64,000 bases of DNA from Pseudomonadota bacterium (GCA_036148435.1 JAYYHL010000007.1:52830-116829); one strand, 5' to 3'; shown: positions 31,592-40,969, numbered from the stretch's first letter. Program-made: numbers and translations. The notes: generated by a model not told the origin, from the letters alone.

Positions 31592-32521
31592 TTAAACTTC
31601 CACACGATCTACCTGTTCGCAAGCCATGGCAATTCGATCAACGACAGCTTCTAAATCATCTTTTGTGGTGCACTTTAACGTAATCCACCCTCCGTTTTGA
31701 TCCACTTTGCCTTTAATTGCCACACGACCGCCTGCTAAGTTGCTGAGTTTAACTCGAAGGCGATCAAAGCCTTCTGATTTTGAAGCAAGCGATTTTCCCT
31801 CAAAGGGGCTCAGTATCTCATTTTGAACAACTGATTTTTTAATCATGACCTCAACTTCTCGAACAGACAACCCTTGTTCAATTATTTTTTCCGCTAAAGA
31901 CTCTCTCATGCTCTCCGGAGCAGATAGCAAGCAACGCGCATGTCCCATATCTAAAAGACCCTTGACCATCAGCTCTTTTATGGGCCTTGATAACTGTATT
32001 AAGCGTATAAGATTAGTAACAGTCGCTCTTGACTTTCCGATAAGCTTACCCACCTCTGCATGAGTCATCCCATAGCGAACAGCCAATGACTGTAACGACT
32101 CCGCGAGCTCAATGACGTTTAGAGCCTCTCTCTGGATATTTTCAATAAGCGCTAAAACCAAGCAAGCCTGGTCTGATATGTTGTTGATAACAGCAGGTAT
32201 TTTTCCAAGCCCCGCGATCTGACAGGCACGCAAGCGGCGCTCACCGGCGATCAACTCATAGAAACCACTACTTGCCTCACGGACAGCAACTGGTTGTAAC
32301 ACCCCTTGGGCCTTAATAGAAGAGGCTAGCTTTTCAAGCTCTTCTGCTGAAAAAAACTTTCGAGGCTGGAACGGATTAGGCCTGACCTTTTCAATATCCA
32401 GCATAAATGCTTCAATTTGATTGTGATGGTCACTTCCTTTAACAAAGCTAGTGCTACTGAGTAGGTCTGCTATGCCAAGGTCGTCGAGTGAAACTCCAAG
32501 CGCTTTTCTTTCTTCAGCCAT
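31592..32521 (-). CDS. parB: chromosome partitioning protein ParB (Spo0J)
   Basis: NPFQPRK, IAGERRLRA box, and HTH MTHAEVGKLIGKSRATVTNLIRL. 8-nt overlap with parA. Confidence 0.95.
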   Translation of the reverse strand: MAEERKALGVSLDDLGIADLLSSTSFVKGSDHHNQIEAFMLDIEKVRPNPFQPRKFFSAEELEKLASSIKAQGVLQPVAVREASSGFYELIAGERRLRACQIAGLGKIPAVINNISDQACLVLALIENIQREALNVIELAESLQSLAVRYGMTHAEVGKLIGKSRATVTNLIRLIQLSRPIKELMVKGLLDMGHARCLLSAPESMRESLAEKIIEQGLSVREVEVMIKKSVVQNEILSPFEGKSLASKSEGFDRLRVKLSNLAGGRVAIKGKVDQNGGWITLKCTTKDDLEAVVDRIAMACEQVDRVEV

Positions 32522-33308
32522 TTAGCACGTCCTCCAATACACCTTCCGTGACTTGGCTACGCTGAGCGAGCTCCGCGGCCAAAGCAAAATAAGAAGCAGC
32601 GCCCTGCGATCGCCGATCATAACCGGTGATGGGAACCCCATGGCTAGGCGCTTCGGCCAACCGAACGTTTCTTGGAATGATTGAGCTGAATAGTTTGGCC
32701 TTGAAATTCTTATTTAATTGATGAGAGACCTGCCTGGATAGCAAATTTCGCCCATCATACATCGTTCTAACTACACCACAGATTGCCACATTCACACCCA
32801 GTGATTGATTAAGAACACCTATGGTTTTTAAAAGCTTAGACACCCCCTCTAGCGCAAGATACTCGCACTGCAATGGCACCAAGACAGAGTTGGAAGCAAC
32901 CAAAGCATTGAGTGTTAATATGTTGAGGGAAGGCGGGCAATCGATTAAAATATAATCATAACGAGACTGTTCTTCACGCAGGGCATTAGCTAGGCGCCAC
33001 TCTCGTTTATGCTCGGACATTAAAGCCACTTCTGCGCCCGTTAGCTGATGTGTACTGGGCAGCACATCAAAACCATGCTCGGTGGTGAGCACACAGTCCC
33101 GTACTTTTTTAGACCCCATTAACACATTTGCAATGGACCCGATCACTGAATTGAGGGGCACACCTGCAGAAACCGTGGCATTACTCTGGGGGTCGCAGTC
33201 AATAAGCAACACACTATAGCCCATCAGCGACAAGGCTGCAGACAAGCTTACCGCGGTGGTTGTTTTTCCAACCCCACCTTTTTGATTTGAAATGGATATT
33301 GTGACCAT
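32514..33308 (-). CDS. parA: chromosome partitioning ATPase ParA (Soj)
   Basis: Deviant Walker A NQKGGVGKTTTAV, DCDPQSNAT, and ILIDCPPSL. Confidence 0.95.
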   Translation of the reverse strand: MVTISISNQKGGVGKTTTAVSLSAALSLMGYSVLLIDCDPQSNATVSAGVPLNSVIGSIANVLMGSKKVRDCVLTTEHGFDVLPSTHQLTGAEVALMSEHKREWRLANALREEQSRYDYILIDCPPSLNILTLNALVASNSVLVPLQCEYLALEGVSKLLKTIGVLNQSLGVNVAICGVVRTMYDGRNLLSRQVSHQLNKNFKAKLFSSIIPRNVRLAEAPSHGVPITGYDRRSQGAASYFALAAELAQRSQVTEGVLEDVLNG

Positions 33309-33512
33309 AATAGCCCGATTGATCGTTCGTCAATATTTATATCCTAGCTAAAATCAAAACGAAGGTCTAGCGCTTTGTGTAAAAACATTAAGATTACCAC
33401 GACTTACGAACCGATCTTGTTCTACACCCACGCACAAATCCGGAGGCCATCAAACCACCCGTGTGGTTTTTGATAGCTTTGATGATTGAAATCAACCGCT
33501 TCCTTTTTTAAG

Positions 33513-33520
33513 CCCCCCCC
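33513..33520. repeat. poly(C)8 tract in the parA / outer-membrane-gene divergent intergenic region
   Basis: TTTTAAG CCCCCCCC ATTAAAA read at 33513-33520, 227 nt upstream of the ATG at 33747. Confidence 0.9.
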
Positions 33521-33746
33521 ATTAAAAACACATAAAGATATCTTTACGTCATCAAAAGATTGTTATGTTAGTTTGATTTTTCAAGACAAGACTGACCATT
33601 AGCAATACAAAAGGATAAGCGCCTTGTTGACAATGGTTTAATTAATATTTAATCTTTATCAAACGCAGTCACAGCCACGGTGCCACCAAACTGTTTCCAC
33701 GGTGGTGACCTGCGCACCCACCACTACTAAGGAGTATAGCGCTGTC

Positions 33747-34727
33747 ATGCCTAATTTTAAAACAACCCAAAGCATCCTTGCACTCACCACAAGTCTGTTG
33801 GCAATGAGCCTAGAGGCTAACTATGCAACAAACGCCACGGCTAGAGATACAACCAACCCAAGGGCCTTTACAAAGCGTCTGCAAGCCGCCCCCACCCCCT
33901 CCACACACAACTATGAACAGACAACAGGTCACCGTCATACTCTCGATGGGAAGCCACGCCGGCTACTATCAGGCTCAGTAGCCTACGGTAGCCAGTACTG
34001 GTCATATGCCAAGGTAGACTGGATGGAGCCCATCTGGCAAAGCCGGGGCAAGCAGCTGTACACCTCGTTAGATTACATGAACCATCTACACAAAAGTAAT
34101 AGCCATAGTCATGAAATAGGCTCAGGCTTAGTGTTGTGGCAGCCATTAGCATCAGGTACGGAGATAGGCATGGGCGCTTATTGGTTGAATTATAATTCCT
34201 GGCACAATCTTAGGCATCATGGGCTTAGGCTGGGCGCCAAAGTTATTTGGCAAGATTGGCAGGTGACGGGTAATGGTTTTCTAAGGATTAGTAAAGCCAA
34301 ACAAGGCAAGCCAGCTCAAATAAAACACTCGTATTTTGGGACAGGTGTTTTCGGTTCAGAAGTCCTGGTAAACGGGTTAGATCTCATCCTAGAAAGGACC
34401 TTTAGCCCGCTAGAGGTTCAGATGCTTGCCTACCACTACCCTCAGGATGCCAACCAAAACCCACAACTACTGACTACGGGGGCCGGTGTGCAGATTAGAG
34501 CCCATCCAGACACATTAACAAAAAACGTGGTCCTCGTGCTGGAAGCCAAACATGACCAAGCTAAACGCTGGCTGTATATGATCGGCCTTCGTACAAGACA
34601 CGCTACCCACCACCATATTGGTAAGACCGATACAGACGCTAATAATCTTAAAAAACCGATGGCGAGGCGGGTGGAGGAGCCAGCAGTACGGCCGGATAAG
34701 CGAGCAGGGGAGCATCGGGGTAAATAG
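33747..34727 (+). CDS. inverse-autotransporter (intimin/invasin-type) beta-barrel-like outer membrane protein without passenger
   Basis: AAGGAG RBS 12 nt before ATG 33747. Signal peptide MPNFKTTQSILALTTSLLAMSLEA. GMGAYWLNYNS..GLRLGAKVIWQDWQVTGNGFLRIS, VNGLDLILERTFSP and GAGVQIRAHP..LVLEAKHD..LYMIGLRTRH are colinear with my memory of the intimin beta-domain (GYNVFID..RLGIGGEYWRDYFKSSVNGYFRMSGW, ANGFDIRFNGYLP, GVNYTP..MGIDYRHG..YSMQFRYQF). Confidence 0.5.
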   Translation: MPNFKTTQSILALTTSLLAMSLEANYATNATARDTTNPRAFTKRLQAAPTPSTHNYEQTTGHRHTLDGKPRRLLSGSVAYGSQYWSYAKVDWMEPIWQSRGKQLYTSLDYMNHLHKSNSHSHEIGSGLVLWQPLASGTEIGMGAYWLNYNSWHNLRHHGLRLGAKVIWQDWQVTGNGFLRISKAKQGKPAQIKHSYFGTGVFGSEVLVNGLDLILERTFSPLEVQMLAYHYPQDANQNPQLLTTGAGVQIRAHPDTLTKNVVLVLEAKHDQAKRWLYMIGLRTRHATHHHIGKTDTDANNLKKPMARRVEEPAVRPDKRAGEHRGK

Positions 34728-34841
34728 AGCGAAGGCCTGCGGCATTAACGATAGCGTTTGCAATTCTGCCTGTAGAGGTCAATCAGATTGACCCAGCTCA
34801 GCCCGCGCCTGCATACGGCGCAAACGTGGTCTAGCCGGATT

Positions 34842-35468
34842 CTAAGCAAGACTTTTACCATACACAAGCCCCCAAAGACCCAGCGTCTTATCCAGGCAGA
34901 CGGTTTCACTTGGCTGTACTTTACTGCTTGACTGCTGCTGGCTTTCTTGGGTTTGCACGCTCAACAACAGCGTGCCGTGCTGCCGCCAGGCCTGTGTCCA
35001 TTGTAACTGCGTGTCCAGTGGGGCACTCCCTCTTGAAACAATCACCCCTACATCCCCACGAGGCTCAAGATCCAAAAAATTAACCTGTGAAACGTTTAAG
35101 TTCTTCAGGCCTAGCTCTGCGGCTGCAACCTTTATAAACGCAGCTTTTTTTCCAACTTTTTCCACACAGGTAACGGTTTGGTCGTCTTGAGCCAGCGCCG
35201 CTAGCACCACCCCGGGAATGCCGCCGCCTGAGCCTAAATCCATGATGGTGCTAAACCTTGAGACGACCTCAAACATTCGAATCGAAGGCACCACTAAAGA
35301 CCTAACCACCTCTTGTTCTTTCTTAATGGCCGTGAGGTTATAGACCCGATTCCAAGAACACATCAGTTGTACGTATTTTAAAATGTTATCCACCGCTGAT
35401 GGCGGTGTGGCAACATTTAACTGATCCAACGTGTTTTGTACCATACCTCTAACTGAATCAGACATCAC
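34842..35468 (-). CDS. rsmG: 16S rRNA (guanine527-N7)-methyltransferase RsmG (GidB)
   Basis: WNRVYNLTAI and the SAM motif DLGSGGGIPGVVLA. 208 aa. Confidence 0.9.
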   Translation of the reverse strand: MMSDSVRGMVQNTLDQLNVATPPSAVDNILKYVQLMCSWNRVYNLTAIKKEQEVVRSLVVPSIRMFEVVSRFSTIMDLGSGGGIPGVVLAALAQDDQTVTCVEKVGKKAAFIKVAAAELGLKNLNVSQVNFLDLEPRGDVGVIVSRGSAPLDTQLQWTQAWRQHGTLLLSVQTQESQQQSSSKVQPSETVCLDKTLGLWGLVYGKSLA

Positions 35469-36051
35469 CGCACCCTCTAAACATCAAAACACCAAACCGA
35501 ATACGCCCATGCACGGCCACACGGCAAGTGATAAACTTATCATCTAAAGGCCACGTATCAGACTTATCTTGCTCACAATACACCAAGCAACCTTTCTTTA
35601 AAGAAAAAGCACTCGACAACCACTCAAGCCCCTCTGTAACTGAGCAAAGCTGATAAGGTGGGTCCCAGAAAACAATATCTGGCGCCAGTGTTGTCAATAG
35701 GCTGTTTGGTAACGCATCCGGAAACCGCCATTGAATAGCCTGCCAGCTTGGTTCCTTAAACTGTAGGGCCAGTTGGCTCAAGTGATCTACCACATCTGCT
35801 TGGGCTTCAAGCGAATAAACAGTAGAGGCCCCTCGCGATAAAGCCTCCAACGAGAGAATACCTGAGCCGCTAAAACAATCAACCACTAGGGGGTCGTCTA
35901 CCGGGGTCAGATGGTTTAGCCAAGCAAACACGCGCTCCCGAATAAGTGACTTGACTGGCCTTATGCCGCTTGAGGGGACACTTGGCACAGACCGACCTCT
36001 GTGCCTGCCAGATAACACCCTGATTTTGCCTTTTTCTTTTGAGTCTGCCAT
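35458..36051 (-). CDS. rsmD: 16S rRNA (guanine966-N2)-methyltransferase RsmD
   Basis: RVLSGRHRGRSV, IRPVKSLIRERVFAWL, DCFSGSGILSLEALSRGA and FWDPPY. Divergent from ftsY, as in E. coli. Confidence 0.88.
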   Translation of the reverse strand: MADSKEKGKIRVLSGRHRGRSVPSVPSSGIRPVKSLIRERVFAWLNHLTPVDDPLVVDCFSGSGILSLEALSRGASTVYSLEAQADVVDHLSQLALQFKEPSWQAIQWRFPDALPNSLLTTLAPDIVFWDPPYQLCSVTEGLEWLSSAFSLKKGCLVYCEQDKSDTWPLDDKFITCRVAVHGRIRFGVLMFRGCGDV

Positions 36052-36133
36052 GGAAAAGACCGCGCGAATAAACCTTGCGCCCTTCGTTTTGTTTGTGTAA
36101 AATCAACCTTATCGCTTGATTTTTTATTATATC

Positions 36134-37078
36134 ATGATTTTTAACCCGTTTAAATGGGGGCGAGCCGCCGAAGCAACAGACGACAGCCTTCCTGCCTCTA
36201 AACTTGAAGCACAACAAAAACACAGGAGTAGCTGGTCAGGCTGGCTAGCCTCTTTTTGGCAATATAACACGGTTTCGCCAGAAAGCCTGTCAGTCTTACG
36301 AAAAGCGCTTATTAAGGCAGATGTCGGCCTGGTCACTGCCAACCGCATCCTTGACTTGTTGCAATCAAGGCATCGCCAAAACCAAGACGTCAAAGAATTG
36401 CTAAGACAGATTTTAAAAGAGGTGTTAGCGCCTTCTGATAGCCCTCTGGTCATAAACTCAGCACCAGAGGTTATCATGCTAGTGGGTGTAAACGGTGCCG
36501 GCAAAACCACGGCTGCCGCCAAATTAACCCACTACTTTAAGTCCCAGCACAAAAAAGTCATGTTGGCGGCTGGTGACACTTTCCGAGCAGGTGCCATTGA
36601 TCAGCTCAAAGTTTGGGGGGATCGACTGTCAACCCCTGTTATAGCCCAGAAACCAGGATCAGATAGTGCTTCAGTTATATTTGATGCCTATCAGGCAGCT
36701 CAATCACAGCAGGTAGACATTCTCATTACCGACACTGCTGGCCGCCTACAAAACAAAACCAACCTGATGCAGGAGCTTGAAAAAGTCCAGAGGGTTCTCA
36801 AAAAGAAAAACCCCCTGTGCCCACAACAAACCTGGTTAGTGCTTGATGCAACCGTGGGTCAAAATGGTCTTGAACAAGCTAAAGTGTTTCATCAAACCCT
36901 TCCGCTAACAGGGGTGGTCTTAAACAAAATAGACGGTACGGCCAAGGGGGGGATCGTGTTTTCAATTTCTGATCAACTGAACCTTCCTGTTCGTTTTTTA
37001 GGCACCGGTGAGCGAACCGAAGACCTCCTCCCCTTTGATAGCACGGCATTTGTAGGCACGATTATGGCTGCCGATTAA
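36134..37078 (+). CDS. ftsY: signal recognition particle receptor FtsY
   Basis: GVNGAGKTTAAAKL (G1), DTAGRLQNK (G3), LNKIDGTAKGG (G4) and LPVRFLGTGE. Confidence 0.95.
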   Translation: MIFNPFKWGRAAEATDDSLPASKLEAQQKHRSSWSGWLASFWQYNTVSPESLSVLRKALIKADVGLVTANRILDLLQSRHRQNQDVKELLRQILKEVLAPSDSPLVINSAPEVIMLVGVNGAGKTTAAAKLTHYFKSQHKKVMLAAGDTFRAGAIDQLKVWGDRLSTPVIAQKPGSDSASVIFDAYQAAQSQQVDILITDTAGRLQNKTNLMQELEKVQRVLKKKNPLCPQQTWLVLDATVGQNGLEQAKVFHQTLPLTGVVLNKIDGTAKGGIVFSISDQLNLPVRFLGTGERTEDLLPFDSTAFVGTIMAAD

Positions 37079-37113
37079 CACCCAAGCGGGCCCAAGTCCG
37101 CAGCGGCCATCTG

Positions 37114-38235
37114 TCACAAACCGCGTTCTTCTTTTAGGCTTGTCCTCAAATGCTTTCTTCTTGTAAACCCATCAACACAGTGCCGGTCTAGTGAATAAAC
37201 AAGCCCGCTTACCAGGTGACACATATGCAGGTAGTCTGACCAACTCATAATGCCCGCATGACAATGTATGTATCGGGCCGGTACCCCTATGACAACCACA
37301 GGTACTCCCTTGCCGTATTGTTGATAGCCTCTTGCATTGGTGCCGCCACTTTCTCTTACTGCAAGTTGCACCGGTATGTTTAGATGATCGGCAACTTTTT
37401 TAATATGCGCACAGAGTTCTTGGTTCATGATACAGGTTGGGTCATATAGCCTTAGCTGTGGCCCACACCCCAAACGCCCTTGACAACAATCTTGTTCCAG
37501 CACATCATCTGCGGGTGGGGCTTCCAAAACTACAACCACATCAGGCTTTGCAAGATGCGCCATGGCGGCAGCGCCTCTGATGCCTACCTCTTCTTGAACA
37601 CTTCCCCCTGCGATCAACGTGTTTGGTAGTGTTGCGTTTTCTAAATGCCTCATCACCTCAATCATCACCCCGACACCCGCTCTGTTATCTAATGCCTTGG
37701 CGCACACTCGATCTTGATGCGCCATGTTTGAAAATTTTGTGGCAGGAACAGCCACGTTACCAATGGTAATCCCTAGGCCTTTGACCTCACTTTCACTAGT
37801 TGCTCCCACATCAATACGCAGCTCGGCAAAAGCAGGGTTTTGCTTAAAGTGAGCACTTCTGGCAGTTATGACTCCAAGTACGGTCCCGTTTGGGGTATGA
37901 ATTTCTACCATTTGAGCCGGGAGCACCTCAGGCGCCCACCCTCCTAAACAAACAAAACGTATAAGCCCATTTGACTGAATTGCCTTCACCATGAAACCAA
38001 CCTCATCAAGGTGTGCATCAAGCAGTATCCGAGGCCCCCCTTTGCTCCCTTCGCGCTCAACCATGGCGCCACCGAGACCATCATGTACCACCATTCCTAG
38101 CTGGCCAACCTGTTCTAAAAACAGATCCTTAACCGGCTGCTCGTGACCAGAGGCGCCAGGGGTATTACACAAAGCAGCCAGCAATGACCGCTTTGGCCTT
38201 GGCGGGTTAAGCACTGTATCAAAGTTAAAAGACAT
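37114..38235 (-). CDS. M42 family metallopeptidase (glutamyl aminopeptidase / FrvX-like)
   Basis: LLDAHLDEVGFMVKAI, ALDNRAGV and GGSVQEEVGIRGA. AGGAGG RBS before ATG 38235. Confidence 0.85.
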   Translation of the reverse strand: MSFNFDTVLNPPRPKRSLLAALCNTPGASGHEQPVKDLFLEQVGQLGMVVHDGLGGAMVEREGSKGGPRILLDAHLDEVGFMVKAIQSNGLIRFVCLGGWAPEVLPAQMVEIHTPNGTVLGVITARSAHFKQNPAFAELRIDVGATSESEVKGLGITIGNVAVPATKFSNMAHQDRVCAKALDNRAGVGVMIEVMRHLENATLPNTLIAGGSVQEEVGIRGAAAMAHLAKPDVVVVLEAPPADDVLEQDCCQGRLGCGPQLRLYDPTCIMNQELCAHIKKVADHLNIPVQLAVRESGGTNARGYQQYGKGVPVVVIGVPARYIHCHAGIMSWSDYLHMCHLVSGLVYSLDRHCVDGFTRRKHLRTSLKEERGL

Positions 38236-38589
38236 CCAAACCTCCTGTCTGTGATCAAAAAACCCATTATAGCACAAGCTGAGTATTCCATAGAAAATCA
38301 GTGCTTAAAACCATCCTGATCACTTCACTTAAACCGACCGGTCTGGAGGTTTCTGGTATTGTCGCCTGCGCCTTGAATGTTGTGCAAATCCCTCTAAAAA
38401 CCAACGACGCCCTAACCAACACTCAGAATAGTCTTTATATTTTTTAGTCAAGTTTCCTATCTGGGCAATCCTGCTTGTTTTCTGCACCCTCGCCCCAAGA
38501 AGTCTTGTGCGCTCGCCTCATCACAGTGTGACACTTGCTTAACCCAGGCAACCATGGTAGGTTTAATATGATCTTATTCGGTGTTATGA

Positions 38590-39222
38590 TTGAAAGCCGT
38601 GGCAACCTTCCATGAAGTCAAGTTCTCTTCGCTTTTAAGTCCACTTAATTGGACCATAAATGAAGGAGAGTTTGCTTGGTTGACCATCCCACACCCTGCA
38701 GATCATTCCGCTGCTATTGATACTATTTTTTATAGAAAGCCTCCTCGTCATGGTCATATAACCCTTTGGCCATCTGTAACACATAAACACTGCACACGTT
38801 TAGTGTCACTGCGGGCACCAGCCTTACATAAAAGAAGCTTATTGTACAATATCAGGTTCCCCCACAGCCTAAACCACAAACACTTAAACGCCCCCCTGGA
38901 TGACTCAGTAGCTGACCTGCTTAGCTTGTTTGAATTAGACAACTTAGCTCAAAGGCCTTTTGAAGAGGTGGAACCGAGTGCCCAAATCAAAACTTTGATT
39001 GCCAGGGCCTTGCTGTTTTCACCCAGGCTTATCATTCTTGATAATATCTTACCAACGATTGAATCAGAAGTAGCCTGCCGACTCTTTACCATACTTCACG
39101 CACTAACAAGGCATGGTCTATGCGTTTTGAACTTATCCCCCATAACCCCTAATTGTAGTCAACAATCACTTGTGGGTATCAATGCGACTGTGCTCGTTGA
39201 GGAAACGCAGCATGAACAGTAG
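38590..39222 (+). CDS. FtsE-like ABC-fold protein with all nucleotide-binding motifs degenerate (TTG start, uncertain)
   Basis: Colinear with FtsE (FHEVKF..INEGEFAWLT.., LDNLAQRPF.., ..LIARALLFSPRLIILD.., ..HGLCVLNLS). Walker A, signature, Walker B and H-loop are all replaced. Synteny ftsY..[this]-[FtsX-like]-rpoH. Confidence 0.6.
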   Translation: MKAVATFHEVKFSSLLSPLNWTINEGEFAWLTIPHPADHSAAIDTIFYRKPPRHGHITLWPSVTHKHCTRLVSLRAPALHKRSLLYNIRFPHSLNHKHLNAPLDDSVADLLSLFELDNLAQRPFEEVEPSAQIKTLIARALLFSPRLIILDNILPTIESEVACRLFTILHALTRHGLCVLNLSPITPNCSQQSLVGINATVLVEETQHEQ

Positions 39223-39946
39223 GGTCAAGAATGTTGGCTGCTGTCTTGGGCTTGCTTGTTGTGTTCTTCTGGGACTGTTTAGTCAGTTGTTTGTCTTCGC
39301 TGTTTTTAAGGGAAAGCTGACCGCGGTCATGACCTTCTCTGAGGCAGGACATCAGCAGCTCTTTTCACAATCACCTCTTTATTATCAGTACTATCCTAAA
39401 AGTAAGGGGCTTTTTTCTGCGTCGGACTACCAAGATCTTGCGTCAACTTTTCGAGACAAATCAAGTATTCCTGATGCTTACTGGTTCCTACTGTCTAGTA
39501 ATACGCCACTGCTGTCATCTGAAACTCAACGATTAGGCCCTGATCTTTTTGTGGACAACCCACTGAGTATGCCAGGTTCCGCACCTTTGGTCGTACTTTG
39601 CTACCTCGTTTTTATGTGTTGCTTTTTTCTACTTTGCCCAGCTTGTCTGTTTTTACCTCAAGACTACTCAGCACATCTTTGCGTGCTGGCTCACGAGCAT
39701 CAACCCTTGGGGGCTGTGATTAAATTTAGCATGGCCATGCTTTTAAGAGCCGAGCTGGTTAGCCTAACAGTCTCGCTATTTGTTTATTTAGCTATCGCTA
39801 GCTGGCTGAATAGCCTAGCTATAACAAACCCGTGGTTGACCAACCTCATGAGCGGTATATGGACTATTTTTTGTCTGCACCTATTGCACTTTATTGCCAA
39901 TGCCATACTCAAGCCCATTCATCAAGCACGACTTCAAACACGTTGA
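39212..39946 (+). CDS. FtsX-like membrane protein (assignment mainly by synteny and topology)
   Basis: One N-terminal TM (CCLGLACCVLLGLFSQLFVFAVF), about 100 aa of extracytoplasmic domain, then three C-terminal TMs. Overlaps the FtsE-like stop. Immediately upstream of rpoH. Confidence 0.45.
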   Translation: MNSRVKNVGCCLGLACCVLLGLFSQLFVFAVFKGKLTAVMTFSEAGHQQLFSQSPLYYQYYPKSKGLFSASDYQDLASTFRDKSSIPDAYWFLLSSNTPLLSSETQRLGPDLFVDNPLSMPGSAPLVVLCYLVFMCCFFLLCPACLFLPQDYSAHLCVLAHEHQPLGAVIKFSMAMLLRAELVSLTVSLFVYLAIASWLNSLAITNPWLTNLMSGIWTIFCLHLLHFIANAILKPIHQARLQTR

Positions 39947-40002
39947 TTTCTAATGGCTCCTGTGTTATAATATTCCTCTTTATAAATATCAGGAGAGGGG
40001 CC

Positions 40003-40863
40003 ATGATAACACAAACCATGCTGCCAGCCTGTTGTGGTCTAGGAAGCATTGAAGCCTATATCAGGTGGACACACCAAGTGCCGATTTTGTCAAAAGATGA
40101 AGAGCGCATGCTCTACACACGGTTCAAAGAAACCGGTGATGTTAGTGCAGCAAGAAAGCTCATCATGTCTCACCTACGGTTTGTGGTTTATGTGTCAAAG
40201 AGTTATTTAGGCTACGGGCTGCCTCAGGCTGACATTATTCAAGAAGGCAATATTGGCCTTATGAAGGCGCTCAAGCGTTTTGACATCAGTGTGGGGGTGC
40301 GCTTTGTGTCGTTTGCCGTCTACTGGATTAAATCAGAAATTCAGGAGTTTGTCTTACGAAACTGGCGGATCGTGCGCGTAGCAACCACTAAGTCACAACG
40401 CAAGCTCTTCTTTAAACTCAGAAGCTTTATGCGTAGTAACCATTGGCTCACCAGTGATGATGTTGCCCATATATCGTCATCTCTAAACGTCCCTGAAAAA
40501 GATGTCACGACCATGCAGCAACGACTGTATGCTGCCGATGTTGCCTTAGCGGCCCAAGACAGTCTTGAACAGGGTCAAACATCTTCGTCAAGACAGGTGG
40601 CACTGAGCTCTACAACGCCTTCACCAGAAGTTCACTATATAGAAGAACTCACTCAAAGGCAACAAAAGCAATGGCTAGAACAAAGCTTACAGCACCTTGG
40701 ACAAAGGAGCGCAGATATCATCCGAAAGCGTTGGCTGCAATCCCCTAAAGCAACCTTGCAATCGTTAGCCACTCACCATAACGTTTCTGTAGAACGTATT
40801 CGTCAGCTTGAGCACAAGGCCCTTGAGACACTCAAAGCAGCTTGCCAAACAGATGAAGCTTAA
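40003..40863 (+). CDS. rpoH: RNA polymerase sigma-32 factor RpoH
   Basis: SHLRFVVYVSKSYLGYGLPQADIIQEGNIGLMKALKRFD, the RpoH box QRKLFFKLR, and VSVERIRQLEHKAL. AGGAGAG RBS before ATG 40003. Confidence 0.96.
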   Translation: MITQTMLPACCGLGSIEAYIRWTHQVPILSKDEERMLYTRFKETGDVSAARKLIMSHLRFVVYVSKSYLGYGLPQADIIQEGNIGLMKALKRFDISVGVRFVSFAVYWIKSEIQEFVLRNWRIVRVATTKSQRKLFFKLRSFMRSNHWLTSDDVAHISSSLNVPEKDVTTMQQRLYAADVALAAQDSLEQGQTSSSRQVALSSTTPSPEVHYIEELTQRQQKQWLEQSLQHLGQRSADIIRKRWLQSPKATLQSLATHHNVSVERIRQLEHKALETLKAACQTDEA

Positions 40864-40969
40864 ATAAGCGCCCGCCCATTATTAATATAACTTAAGCATT
40901 CCTTGTTTCCCCTTGGATTATAAACTTTAATGCGCTATGATTGTACTAACCAAAAAGGAGTCACCCACT

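Noticed and set aside
33452-33471. Hairpin AAACCAC-CCGT-GTGGTTT followed by TT in the parA upstream spacer, considered as the terminator of an unannotated plus-strand sRNA.
   Set aside because: The stem is only 7 bp and A/T-rich, the T-run is partly inside the stem, and I could not identify a convincing promoter upstream.
35879-36223. 114-aa minus-strand ORF spanning the rsmD start and the ftsY start.
   Set aside because: It overlaps two well-supported genes and the divergent promoter region in other frames, and has a basic low-complexity composition. It is likely spurious.
39832-40002. N-terminal 57-codon extension of the rpoH ORF that overlaps the FtsX-like gene.
   Set aside because: ATG 40003 is preceded by AGGAGAG and yields a 286-aa protein colinear with RpoH from its first residues. 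The extension has no similarity and overlaps another gene.
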